Source of the DNA: Dipteris shenzhenensis
Taxonomy: Eukaryota
Direction: 5' to 3' (one strand)
DNA: 64,000 nt
Assembly (NCBI GenBank): GCA_047967505.1
Contig: CM106538.1
The position numbers and the translations under genes were made by a program. Under the pieces are notes generated by a model. That model had not been told where the DNA came from and did not search any database. It saw only the letters and a list, made by a program, of their open reading frames with translations. How positions within the stretch are numbered: the stretch's first letter is position 1; every line of letters starts with the position of its first letter. This document shows positions 23,570-37,107 of this stretch, in pieces.

Positions 23570-26500
23570 CTAGCTAGACGTTTTCACTTTGCCATACAAT
23601 TGTTTCAGCGTCGTACCTGCACGTGCTCAGCCATACAGTCCGTACTGATTCGTTCATATATGCTACAGCAGCGCTGCTGCTGTCCGTACAGGCTGCTTGT
23701 GTACCTGCAGCTCTTGGAAGCAGATATTCTGTACAGGTGGTTTTTGCAGGGTATCCTTGCAGGGTCCCTTTGCAGGTGGGCAGATTGGGGCATTTTGTCA
23801 AATTTGGGGCTTTTCGTGGATTTGCCCCAATTTCAGCTCAATCTCTCTACAAAATTTGTGGCTTTTGTTTTTTGCACTGCAGATTGTCTGCAAATTTGGG
23901 GCTTTCAGTTAATTTTCCCTCTTTTGGATGCAGTTGGCTTTTGGCATTCGAATGCAATTTGGCAATGTACTAGCAGTTTGGGATTGTTGCAGGCAGTTTT
24001 GGACTCAATTTGAGTGACATTGCAGACATTTGCCATCTTTGCAGTGTTATTTTGGCAGTTTTTTGGGCTTTTGTAGGACATTTTGGGTGCATTTTGAGCC
24101 TTTGATTGGCTTTGACAGTAACCTGTCATTGTGGACATGTTTTTTGGCAATTTTGGGTTGTGCATCTGAAATCCCAGGAAAGGATATTATTTTCACTCTT
24201 TTTTTTTTCTTTTGGTAGTTATGACCTAGAACAATCGCAATGAAATGTTTGGAGTCCTCACACAGGAGGATAAGTTGGATGGTACCAACTACTCCTTATG
24301 GATTTTTATGGTACACAATATCTTAGTTGGCAAACACTTGTGATTATGTCAATGGGGATGAGACACGGCCAGAGAATGTCGTTGCACCTGCCACTCCTCC
24401 TCAACAAGGTGGACGAAGGGGTAGAGGACAAGCTCAGGGTGCATGATAAGTGCTAGGTGCAGTAGTTGCTGTAGTGGCGCCTTCCACACAGGAATAGAAA
24501 AGGTGGGATTCACGTGATGCATAAGCACTTTCAATAATTTCCCTTTCTGTCAAAAGGTTTATTATTCCGCACATTCAGTCTTGCAAAACCTCAAAGGCAG
24601 CTTGGGATATTTTGGAGAGTGTGTTTTCAGCCCGCAATGATGCCAGGGTCTCTTTTCATAAGAGAGCATTGACTCATACTCATATGGATGAGGGTGACTC
24701 TTATGTCTGAGCACCTCACTAAACTTCAGGATTCGCGAGAGCAATTGTTGAAATTTGATGAGATCATTCCAGATTCATAGATGGTCACTACCACTTTGAA
24801 TTATCTTCTCGAGTCTTATCTTGGTTTTCACACCTCATTGAACTTGTCTTTGAGGGGGGGTGGCAATCCTCTCACCTTTCATGAGGTGATAGGGCTTTTG
24901 TTGCAAGAAGAACAAAAACCAGGAAGACATGGCTTCACGGGCTAGTGAGCATGCCATGCTTTCGAAATTCAAGCCCAAAGGGAAGGGGCAGCATAAGCAG
25001 CATGCAAATCAGCCTACACATCAGCATAAAGCCGATTCTGGATAACCTTCTCACAAGGCTAAGAATGATGCAGAGAAGCCCAAGAGAAAGGGCGTTTGTC
25101 ATTATTGCAAGAAGCCGGGTCACTACATAGGAGAATGCAAGAAAAGAATTGCCAAGGAAAAGAAAAAGGATTCAAGTATGGTTGTCACAGATTCAGCTCC
25201 TCACGCACATGATGGTGATGCTTTAGCCAACTTAGTGGAAGAAGATTATGCCTTTTTGACTTGCATTTCTGATTTTTCGGTGGTTGCTTCGGATATTACA
25301 GCCACATCTGAGGATGACTCTTATACTTTTCTGACTTGCCGTTATGATCCTTCTGAGGATTCATGTGCTTTCAATGCCAATGAGACATTGAATAATTGGT
25401 ATTTTGATAGTGGTGCCACCAAACATATCACTTCCAGCAAGTGTTTGTTTGATTCTCTGCATCCATCACCCGATGGAAAAAGGGTGTCTTGTGCAAATGA
25501 TTCTTCTTATTCTGTTCGTGGTATTGGTGAGATTGTACTTATAGCCATAGATGGCACAAATTTCAGAATTCATGATGTGCTTTATGTAGCTGGAATCAAG
25601 AAGAATTTGCTTTTAGTGTCCTCTCTCAATAAAAGGGGATTTCAGGTCGTCTTTGAAGATGTGAAGTGTGCAATTCGAGATAGGGAAGATGATTATGCCT
25701 TGAGACTATCTGGCACACTATTTCGTGGTCTTTTTATGCACTTGAAGTTTCTTCTCCCATTGCTGCTATGCAGATTGCGGAGTTATGGCATGCTAGATAT
25801 GGGCATATTAGTTATGGCAGCTTGATGACACTTCAAAAACATTCTATGGTTGATGCTTTGCCTCCGTCGGAGTCACCTCCTCCTCATGCTTGTGAAGGGT
25901 GCATACTTGGGAAGATGCACAGGTTTCCCTTTAAGAAATACGAGCTGTTCGGAAATTACAGCTCACTCACGGTGATATCTGTGGTCCAATGAGGACTCCT
26001 GCATTGGGTGGTTCTCTCTATTATGTGACATTTATTGATGACTACTCAAACTACACTTGGGTCTATGGTTTAAAGGAAAAATCAGATGTGTTCAAGCATT
26101 TTCGACACTTTGTGGCAAAGGTTGAAAATGAAACAGGCCTCACAGTTCAGATTCTACGCACAGATAGAGAGGGGGAGTATATGTCTCATGAATTTGAGGC
26201 TTATTTGAAAGAGAAAGGCATCACACATTAGCTTATAGTGAGGCTTACCCCTCAGCAAAATGGCAAAGCTGAGCGGAAGAATAGAACTCTTATGGAGATG
26301 GATAGATGCATGCTCACAAGCAACAAGTTGCCTCATAGGTTTTGGCTTGAGGGTCTCATGTGTGTCAACTATGTTTTGAATCGGGCTCCCACTAAGGCTT
26401 TGAAAAAAAAGACTCCTCATGAAGTTTGGCATGGAAGAAAGCCTTCAGTACACTTTCGTGTCTTTGGATGTGCTGCATATGCCCATGTGCCTGTTACGCA

Positions 26501-26640
26501 AGATTTTTGTCTGCAGAGATGTAATCTGTTCAGAAAATTCAGCACATACACAAGCTGAATTTAATGGGCCAGCTTCTTCTACATCAGATGATGTTTTTGA
26601 GGATTAATACCCATTGCTCTGGGTTTCGCATCTGACATCC
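23570..26640 (+). mobile_element. Ty1/copia remnant 3 (related to remnants 1 and 2): leader, gag, protease, integrase; no RT or LTR seen
   Basis: EDKLDGTNY near 24265; CHYCKKPGH; WYFDSGATKH; LWHARYGH; DREGEY; TPQQNGKAERKNR; FRVFGCAAYAHVP. Confidence 0.85.
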
Positions 26641-26679
26641 CTGCTGGAAATTAGAATTTACAGCAAGTTTCTCCTGTTC

Positions 26680-27125
26680 TGGCTTTGGACACCATTATAG
26701 ACTCCTGGCACTTATTGTTCCAGGTGCTACATGTGCCTCGTCTTGAGATCACAGACCGCCTCAAAGACAGGGGCCTTTTTTTGGATAATTCGGCTTGTCT
26801 TTCGATGCTCTTGCTGCAATGTCTAAAGGCATGCTTTTCTACCGCTTGCTTTGGCAAGCCCTTCTGGTTGTTTGGGGTTCATCTTATCAGGCGTTCATGG
26901 GTTTGCTGCTGGCACTCTGGACTGTATGGAAGGTTCGGAACCATAGGGTTTTTGGTGCTTGCCAAGTATTCCTACTTTCGGGCCTCCTTGCGGCTATCTT
27001 TCTTTGATTGTCTACAAGCTAGGAATATTGATTATCCTGCTTGCGTGTCATATCTTGAGATTTTCTGATGTTGTAGCTGAAATGTCGCTTTTCATGGGAC
27101 TGATTCTTGTAATATAAAGAAATAC
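26680..27125 (+). mobile_element. 3' end fragment of a plant L1-type LINE
   Basis: HLLF then LWTVWKVRNHRVF (W.IWK.RN...F motif); ends in an A-rich tail. Confidence 0.6.
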
Positions 27126-28289
27126 AATTTTCACCCAAAAAATGTGTGTGTACTTTTTGGCTTTTTGTGTGTTGGTACGATGTTGTCTGTCATGTGCAAC
27201 TCCTTTGCATTTGTTTTAGTCTTGGATCTACTAGATCTTTGGAGTCTTGGCTCTCTGACAACTCTCTCAGCTCTTAATTTCTCAATCCCGTGCCCTCTCT
27301 TGGCCTTGCTCTCTCTCTGCTCTTTCATCCTCGAATCCTTTTTAGCTCTCTCTCATCCCCTTTTCACCTCTGTCCGTTCTTTCTCAGGCTTGCCCAGCCT
27401 ACTACGAGATCCGGGGAGGATACCACTGTCTCTATCAGGATGGAGTGGCTTCAGCCCGCTATCACAATTGATCCACTTGCCTGACCATGCCTGCATTCTA
27501 TCTGCTTGAGATGCGCCGACACAGGGAGACCCTGCTACGACAGATCAGAGAGCAACATGAGGCGATCACACCACAGGATACAGAGGTTGACCACATAGGG
27601 CAGCACATCACAGATTTTTATGCATTTGAGTCAGCTCCAGGACACAGTGAGGTGGAGGAGGAGGAGCTAGCTTCTATGCGGGCAGTCATAGCTCAGCGGG
27701 TTCACAGATCGAGGAGACCACGCCCTCTGACACCGCAGCATGAGACAGCTAGACAGACTCAGATTCAAGACATTTTCACCGCTCATAGACGAGCCACCAC
27801 AGTGCCAGTTTTCGGTTTCTGAGTTTCCAGTTCGAGTTCTCAGCTTGCTCCAGATATCAGATAGCACATGATATGATATGATATGTTTTGTACTTGACTT
27901 TGCCTCAGCCACTGAGCTCTCTTTATTTGAGCACAGTGCTCAGCAAGGGCCTTAGCGCGCCCTTTGCCTCAGCCCTTTGTGGCCTGTATGAGTTTTTCCC
28001 TTTGGTGTCACTTTGTCCCATAGGCCCGCGAGGCCTCCCGTGGACGTTAATAATCTTTCTTTCTTTCTCAGTCTTCTCTCACCCCCTTACCTCTCGGCCC
28101 TGTCTCAGCCCTCTTCATTCTCAGATTCAGCCCTCCTTCTCAGCCCTCTACACCCTTTTTCCACCCTCTTTCAAGACTCAGGCCCCTTTCATTCTTAGCC
28201 CTCCCTCTCGAGTCTCATCTCCCTTTCATGCCCTTTCTCAGCCCCCTTATCGAGTTCTGTATGTCATGTGAATATTTTCTCTCCTCTTC

Positions 28290-28573
28290 CCCCTTTTTTT
28301 TCAACTTTAAAAAACAATACTTTTTTTAGAAGCTCACACCTTAAATTTTTGAAATAAAGTTCTGTCGAAGCTCGCACCCAACATATCTTGATGAACGCTA
28401 TGCATCTACTAAAGACTTGTACAAACATATATGACTGATAACTGAACCAGGTCACCAATAGTATGTTATCACATGTTTCTTCTCCATGGGACTGGAAGCC
28501 ACAGACAGTGGCTGCCTTAGATTTCAAGATCCCGAGCCATCCTCTAGAGCCCTAACCTACAAGAGGTTGGCTA
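28290..28573 (-). pseudogene. Old LINE ORF2 remnant, left half of the gypsy-complex target (continues at 59115-59380)
   Basis: A VAW..VT-like post-RT motif is readable on the minus strand in the right half. The two halves join through the GGCTA TSD. Confidence 0.4.
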
Positions 28574-29053
28574 TGTTAGCCCTCTCTACTCTGAAGACTA
28601 ACTCGAAACGCACTACTGCGACAGATTTACATGCGTAATCGAACTTCAGAACTGCGTATGAAAATTCATAGAGTAGAACAGTGATCGACAGAATCATTCA
28701 TGATAAAACAATAAGATAGATGCAATAGAATATCTGTATTACACTTCTCCGAGCAGTACAACACCGTACTCTCTGATACATAACAATGTTCCTCTTCTGA
28801 TCACACTGATCCTTGCTCCGATCCTCATCAATGAGCCCCCTGAATGATCGCTCTCTCTTCTCTTTTATCTAACCGGCACACATAACTCCTTCACGGTTGC
28901 CGTGACGGTTGCCGTGCCTCGTCAGTTCTCCGCCTGGTCCTAGAACTTCCGTCTTTTCATATCTCACTATAAACTAGATACAACGTATTAATGATAAAAT
29001 CTAAGGACTCCCCCCCTAGTTCCTCTTTGCTGTTGCTGCTTTTGCCCTTAACA
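28574..29053 (-). repeat. LTR1 (3' LTR of the outer element, 480 bp)
   Basis: TGTTA...TAACA ends; abuts the TSD. Confidence 0.95.
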
Positions 29054-29110
29054 CTTGGCACTCCCGGTGAATCGGATTCCGGATCCGCATCCGAACCCAC
29101 CGGTTCTCCG

Positions 29111-32100
29111 CTACGGTTCATCCTCGACGTCGCCACCGTCATCGTCCGCCACCGCCGCTGCTGCCGCTGGAACTGCTGGAGCCGCCGGCGCCGGTACTTG
29201 TACTGCCGGAGCCGCTTGCGCCGGTCGAAGTACAGGTAGCTGCTGCGGGTTGAGAGCATGGGCATCCACAAAAATTTGGAGCTGTCCATAGAAAGGTGGT
29301 GCCGCCGCCCCCGCCTGCTGAGCTACTGCCGCCATCCGATGAATATAGCGGCATGCTGTCCGCAGGTCGACCAACATAGCTGCTCTCTCAACATGACTCG
29401 TTCTCCGCAGCTGTTGTAGCTCCTCTTCATGCAGTCGGGTCTTCTCAGATAGAGCGAGTTCGAGATCGGTTACCCGCATACTGCGATCTGCTTTCTTCGC
29501 CACACCATCCAGTCGTTTCATTACCCGCCCCAATTCCTTGGTTTGGGCACCTGTTGATTGTTCTGCCGTAGTAGCTCTGATCTTCAGCAGATCTGCCATG
29601 AGGCTCTTCACCTCAACTTCATGTTGATGGTGCTCTTCTTTCCGGGCGAGCTTGAGTGCCAACAGCTGAGATCTGGCATCGTCACACTGCTGTTGCACCA
29701 CCGCGACGTGTTCTTTCAGCTGCAAAAAGTGCCTTGCGTCAAAGGATTCCCCGTCCGCTGGCAAAGCTGCCACAAAAGCGGCTGCTGCGTCCGCTTGGGG
29801 TCGTGGCTTCATTGCGGGAACCTGTGCGATCTCGGGTCTTTTTCCTCTGGCCTTCGCTCTTCGGAGGGCTTCTTCCAGTTCGGCGATCCGTTTGACATAG
29901 CCGTCGGAAGAATCCACCGGTCCCGCCGCTGTCTGCTTCCCGAGAGTATTTGCCGATGTAGAACTTCCACCCTCCAGTTGTGCCGCAGTTTCCGTCACCG
30001 GTACTGGTGGTAAAAATGCTGTTCCTGCGCCCCCTCCCGCCGGATCATCCTCATCCCTCCGGGCCAACCGTCGATCGAGAGGCCTGCAAGCCCGCTCCAG
30101 CTCTACTCGCAATTGACGTTGATGATCAAGAAAAATACCCTGCATCTCTGCGACGAAGGCTTCCGATAAATCCAACAAAAGTGCCTCGTCCAGCATGCGT
30201 GTAGAGCTAGAGGGTTGCCGGTACCCCATCACTTCCGCTTCCAACAACTGCACCCTGGCGGTCGCAGTTGTAGCCTTCTCCGTCAATTGTTCCGTCAGCC
30301 GCAGGTGTTCTTGAGTTTGGGCGACAATCGCCGTCCTTGCTTCCTCCATATCCTGCTGTCGCCGTGCATCCATCTGTTGGAATTGTAACAACTGCTCCTG
30401 CAGCTGTTGATTGCGTTCGAGCAGCCTGGCATTTTCCTGGCGCAACCTCGCCTCATTCTCCTCCAGCTGCCCCTTCTGAAAACATTGGAGCAAGCGCTCC
30501 GCCAACCGTCGTGCCGTGACCAGATCATATGTCTCCACCGGCGGAGATAGCTGCAGCTCACCACTCCCCCTTGGGACCACGGGTTTCCTCCTGACATGCC
30601 TGTCTCCCCGAACTGTCCTCCCGAGTGTGGACTGAGCTTTCCCCTTGCAAGGCCTCAGCGTCCGGGCGGGTTTTCTTCAACATTGCTCCTTCCGGCACAA
30701 GAGCCAACTTTCTTTTCAATAAACTGGCCATGCGGCTCGATGTTGCTGAGACCGCGGGCCTACTCCTCTGGCTGCCCTGTGGAACTTTTGCCGGAACCAC
30801 CACCGCAGGTACTATCGCCGTAACCTCCACCGCAGGTACTACCGGAGTCACCTGGTTCCTTGGCATCAGAGCTCCCTCCGTTGTTGATCTTGCTGGTTCC
30901 ACCTCCTTGGACTCCTTGTCCGAAGCATCGTCTGTGGACTCCTCCACCTCCACATACGACCCTGGGACTACCGGTTCCGCATCTGGTCCGAACAAAAGAA
31001 ATAAGACTTGCCCCATCCGGGATGTTGCCGTTGGCTTCAAGAGCTTCTTGGCCACCTCCAGAATTCTGTCCGCCATCAGCTTCGCCCAGGGAACCGGTTT
31101 CCCTTGCTCCGCCCTCTGGAAATAGGTAAACTGGGCCTGTCCCAGTAGCTCTGCTTTCACCTTCTGCCAGAGTGCCTCCGCAATAAACTTGTAGCATGTC
31201 TTCTGCGAAGCATCCAGCTTCTTCATGTTGTACTCCCCCTTGCAACCTGCGCCGAGAGCTGCCTCCATGGCACTGCTGGTAAGCTTCGTGACTTTGCATG
31301 GACCATCCACCGGCAAGTGCAACCGGGCCGCTACCAGCTCCTTGCACAAGGTGAAAGTCTTTCCATACACCACGACCTTGCGCCCGCGTGCAAGCTGCGC
31401 CAAGATATCTTGCGCCAATGGATGAACTGGTGTCGTAGCCCATGGCAAACCCGCGAACTCCACCAGACGAGCTCGTGTCAGCCAAGACTGCACAGCCTCA
31501 TCCCCAACAGGTAACGGATTGATCAGATGGAAGACCACCATAGCGGCGAGAAGCTGGGATGCGAGGGAGAAGAGTTCTGGAAAACAAAGAGTCGGAAATA
31601 AGCCCCCTTTTGCTTCCAAATTACCTTTTGGATGCCCTGGTGAACTCCTTGTTTGCATGCAACGATCAAGTGTCCCATCATCCTGATAAAAGCCCCACTT
31701 CGAAGATTCAGTAGATTGCATGGCGGCGTCCTCGATCCGCAACACGAAGCTTTGCTCCCACCGTTTCTCGGAATAAAGTGAGTGATACCACACGTGCGTA
31801 CTAATAGCCCCCATCATCGGTTTCTCCACCGAAATGGCTACAAATGCATTTGAAATGATCTTCATAGGTGGTATCTCCGGAAATGGGTAAGGTGGCATGG
31901 GCCCTGTATATGGTCGGAGACGAAATCCATTTACCGGCTTCTGCAACAGCTCCCCCTGTACTGTTCCTAATCGGAACGTGCCGTCACCATAACGCTCCAC
32001 CACCCAATACGGACCTCCCCACCGTAACTTCAGCTTACCCGGATGCGGACCCATCCGAGTGTTAAACAATATCACGGCATCTCTCCGTTTGAAGGTCTTC

Positions 32101-35100
32101 TTCTTTGAATGACGGTCCACCCAGACCTTCCGTCTGTCCTGGACTTACCTGTGCAAGATACGCACTGTTGAACCGCTCCTCACCCAGCCGATCCAGCTGT
32201 TCAATCCTCCGGTCTACGGACTCGTCCCAGCCCAATTTCTCTGCCGCTGCAATCCGCAGACTCGGTACTAGGAATTCCATGGGGACCACTGCTTCAACTC
32301 CGTAAACCAACTTGAATGGCGTGAACCCCGTCGCAACCTTATAGGAAGTCCGGAACGCCCATAATGCGGAGTAAAGTTTTTCATCCCAATCTGTCCGATT
32401 TTCATTGACCAGCTTTTTCAGAATGACTAGCAACACCTTATTCGAGGACTCCGCCTGTCCGTTTGCCTGAGGGTAATACACTGTGGACTTCTTATGAATG
32501 ATTAGGTGCCGGGTAACCAGTTCCCGTAACACCGCATTAAGGAAATGCCCACCTTGATCCGTGACGAGCTCAACCGGACATCCGTACCGTGTCATAATGG
32601 CTTCATAAAGGAATCTGGCCACAGCCTTTGCCGAATTATCCTTCAGTGCTCTGGCATCCACCCATTTGGTACAGTAATCCGTCGCCACCAGGATATACCG
32701 GTTACCTGTCCTCCTCGTCGGCGGCGAAAACGGACCTACAGAGTCCAGCCCCCACTTCATGAACGGTTCGAGGGCCAGTATGGGATTATGCGGCATCCGG
32801 TCCCGACCTGATGGCTGGCCCAACCTCTGGCACACATCGCATCTTTTGACGAACCTATGCGCATCCCCCATTAATGTTGGCCACCACAGACCTCCTTGGA
32901 GTACCTTCCGTCCGGTTACTTCTCCTGCGAAGTGTCCACCGCTGATTCCTTGGTGAGCCTCTTCCAGGATGACCTCCTGCTCATGTGGGTACACACACCG
33001 TCGCAACACACCATCTAGCCCCTGCTTATACAATTGGTCAGCAATGATCCGGAAGTCTCTGCTCTTGAGCGCGAGCCGTTTCCGCTGGTCTCGCGACATT
33101 CCGTCGCGCATCTGGCCCGTGTCGACAAAGTGAAACATGTCGTCGTACCACGTCTTTGGAGCTGCCGGTACCACCGCCTCCAGTTCGAACAGCTGGGCAT
33201 CCGGAAAATCGTCTTCCACACCCATCGGGTCTTCGCCAGATTCCAACCGTGAAAGGTAATCCGCTACGGCATGTGTACTTCCTGGTCGATGGACCACCGT
33301 GAAGTCGAACTCCTGTAAAAGCAGCATCCACCGGGCCAACTTTCCAGTGAGCTCGCGCTTGTGTACCAAATACAACAAGGCGGAATGATCCACATGAAAC
33401 GTGAACCGATTCCCCAACAGGTAGTGACGAAACTTTGTTACGGAATAAATCATCCCCAATGCTTCCCGCTCCGTCGTAGAGTAATTCCGTTCGGCTTTTG
33501 ACAACCTGCGACTTGCATAATACACCGGTCGGAACCACTTGCTTGTCGCTTCCTGCATGAGGACACTACCAATAGCCACGTCCGAGGCATCCACGAAGAC
33601 ATGAAACATCTTCGTCCAATCTGGCGGCTGAACCACCGGTGCTGTCGCCAACATCAGTTTGAGCCGTCGAAAAGCTAAGTCACAAACAGGAGACCAGACT
33701 ATCGGTACTTTGTTGAGTTGGTCATACAGTGGTGTCGCCACATCCGCCAGATACCGCAGCATTCGGCTGTGCCATTTAACCTGCCCTAGGAATCTCCCGA
33801 GCTGCTTACCGTTGCCAGGAACCTTGGCCTGCCGAATCGCTTCGACCTTCGCCGGATCTACCGCAATGCCTTCCGCCGAGATAATGCAACCCAGCAGCAT
33901 ACCGCTGCCCACGGCGAATGCACATTTCATAGGGTTCAGACACAACCGTGCCTCCCTACACCGGGTTAAGCATTTCTTCAGATGCTCAAGGTGCTGCTGG
34001 CGACTCCCGAAAACACTGAAATCGTCCAGAAATACCTGCATAAAGATTAGTAAATAATCATCAAATATTTCTTGGACCATGCGTTGAAATGTTGCCGGAG
34101 CATTCTTTAGCCCAAATGCCATCACCAGGAAAGCAAATGCTCCCCACTCCGTGATGAAGGCTGTTTTCTGTCGATCTTCTGGTGCCATCTGCACGTGGTT
34201 ATACCCACTGAAGCCATCCAGAAAAGAATACATCTCGTGACCTGCCACTGTATCCAGCATAGTATCATTAAACGGCAAGGGAAACGGATCCGTGATTGTC
34301 GCCGCGTTAAGCTTTCTGTAGTCAACACAGACCCGCAACTTCAAATTCTTTTTCGGAACAATCACTATTGGCGAAAGCCACGTTGCACGGTCAACCGGAT
34401 AGATAAACCCGACCTTTAGCAACCTGTCCAGCTCCTCCTTCACCCTCTGGGCATAGTTCGGGTTCATTCTATACCGTTGTTGCCGAACCGGTATCGCATC
34501 CTTCTGCAGATTGATCCTGTGCTGATAGAATTTGGGATCGATGCCGAGCAAATCTGTGTAGTCCCAGGCGAACACGTCTTTGAAGGATTTCAGCAATGTC
34601 TCCAATTTTCCCCGAAATCCTTTATCGAGCTTCGCACTGACACGGACGTTCTTTGGCTCCTCCTCCGTCCCGAGGTTAAGATCCAGCAGCTCGTCTTCTT
34701 TGACCCTCCGCGAGCGACGGAGTTCCTGCTCGAAAACTCTTTCCTCCTCCGCCACTCCCGCTTCGTCCGGCATGTCTCCTGTGCCTTCCGGTAGACTCCC
34801 TTCGACTGGTTCTTTCGTGGAACTGGATGACTCCTGCGTAGCCGAGGGAATCTGATGCTGATATTGCTTTAAAACGGCAACCACATCGACCTCGAACAAG
34901 CTTACCAGCTCCGTATTCCTACTGAATAGTCATCCTCCTCTTCGACCCCCATTCCGTCCATCATATGGATACCTTCCGCCATCGTCGGTCGGAATGGTGT
35001 CCTCAGTCCTTGTTTGGTATGTACCGAGAGCTTTAGCTTCTTTTTTCCTTTCCGAATGGTGATGCGGTCTGATTGCCAGTCTTGTTTCACACGGGCCTGC

Positions 35101-36489
35101 CGCAACCACGGTCTTCCGAGCAATAACGGGTATGACCCGCTAATATCCTCCATCCGGAGAATCACCGCAGCGATTTCGAACTTCACGCCGCAAACCTCCA
35201 TTTTCAATCCACGGAGCAATCCTAACGGCTGCACTCTCCGTTGGTCTGCCATCCGAACGGCGAAGGGTGCTGATTCCCATTTTGTGATACCCAATGGCAC
35301 CAGCATTTGTTCGGACAGGATGTTGACCCCAGACCCTCCGTCCAGCAACACCCCTCCCACACGGCTGTTCTCCAGTGTTACGGAAATTACCGGGACCGCT
35401 TCGTCAAAAACAGGAGGCTGTACTTCCGCTTCAGGCTTTGCAGATCCGTCTGACGACACTTCCATTGTTACCGCTTCCATCTCCGACTCCATCGCCCTGA
35501 CTGGTTTCGTCAATTGTTTGATGAGAGAACTCCGGAAATTGGGTACCAATGCTAACAATTGCTCCATTGTCATGTGTATTTGCTGTTTCCGCAAATCCTG
35601 CTATAAATCATATGGTTCAACACCCTCCTCGCCGGTCATCAGGCTGTCCTTCTGACTGGTAGGTAGACAAGTCGCTTCTGGCTGCTCTCCTTGCAGGCGC
35701 CTTGCCACCTTCGCACCATTCTCCGTCACCGAGACTGCCTTTTCCGCGCTCGGCCTAGGTAACACCGTTGGGGTTTTCTGGACCCATTCACCGACCGTCG
35801 ACCGCACCTTTTGTTGTGCCTGCCAGTCCAACGCCGTAGGTCTCCCCTTCTCTTGCGGGGCCTTGTATTCCCGCACCTTTTCCTGGGATCGTGTGACCAC
35901 GAGCACATCTCCGCTCGCACTTCCTCCCACTTTGCCTTCAACAGGGACACCCGCCGGTACTTCCGGTACTTCTTCGGACTTCGGACTAGGCTCCTTGCTA
36001 TCCTGTTGCTGACTGGCATCATCGCATTCGATAATCAGAACCGCATTCACTGCTGGTGCGGACTTGCCTTCTCCGGATCCCCGGGTTGCTTCCCTTTCCG
36101 CCTTGTGGCGCTTAAATAATTCGCAATCTACCTTTCGATGTCCGGGTTGATTGCAATAAAAACATAGGAACGTCCGTTCCCCGGCTGGTTCATCTGCACC
36201 TGTTCCAGCCGTTCTCGGCCGCCAAGGTCTTCTCGCCGGTGCGGCTGGTACCGCGGCTGGTGCTGCGGCTGGTGCCGCAACTACCGCCGCCACCGCTGGT
36301 GTCGGGGCTATTCGTGCGTTATAGCGGCAGATCTCCGTGGTATGCGTCGCTGTTTGGCAAATCGCACACCACCGCTCATTCAAACCGCATTCCTCTGCTA
36401 AGTGTCCTGCATTCCGGCACCGATTACACCAAGTATCCTTGCGAACTTTTGAAGAGGACCCTATTCCACTATCCCGGCTTTTGGCTCCG
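29111..36489 (-). pseudogene. Segment S1: mid-gag, PR, RT, RH, INT and C-terminal extension, disrupted
   Basis: ORFs 35601-36383, 34902-35594, 32062-34899, 30558-32120 and 29111-30580, separated by one stop and three frameshifts. Confidence 0.92.
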
Positions 36490-36523
36490 CCTCGAATAAG
36501 GTGTTGTACGTGACGTGTTGCTA

Positions 36524-37001
36524 GTTAAGGGCAAAAGCAGCAACAGCAAAGAGGAACTAGGGGGGGAGTCCTTAGATCATTATCATTAATACGTTGTATC
36601 TAGTTTATAGTGAGATATGAAAAGACGGAAGTTCTAGGACCAGGCGGAGAACTGACGAGGCACGGCAACCGTCACGGCAACCGTGAAGGAGTTATGTGTG
36701 CCGGTTAGATAAAAGAGAAGAGAGCGATCATTCAGGGGGCTCATTGATGAGGATCGGAGCAAGGATCAGTGTGATCAGAAGAGGAACATTGTTATGTATC
36801 AGAGAGTACGGTGTTGTACTGCTCGGAGAAGTGTAATACAGATATTCTATTGCATCTATCTTATTGTTTTATCATGAATGATTCTGTCGATCACTGTTCT
36901 ACTCTATGAATTTTCATACGCAGTTCTGAAGTTCGATTACGCATGTAAATCTGTCGCAGTAGTGCGTTTCGAGTTAGTCTTCAGAGTAGAGAGGGCTAAC
37001 A
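36524..37001 (+). repeat. LTR2 (missing the first T), followed by PBS TGGCGACCAC at 37005-37014
   Basis: Reverse complement of LTR1 with minor variants. Confidence 0.95.
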
Positions 37002-37107
37002 CTTTGGCGACCACGGAAGATTTCCATGTTCGTCGCGGTGGATACCCCGGAGAGGTTGGATGCTCCCCATCTGTAATACTCTGATTCCTCGGTGCGTAGA
37101 CTAGCGC

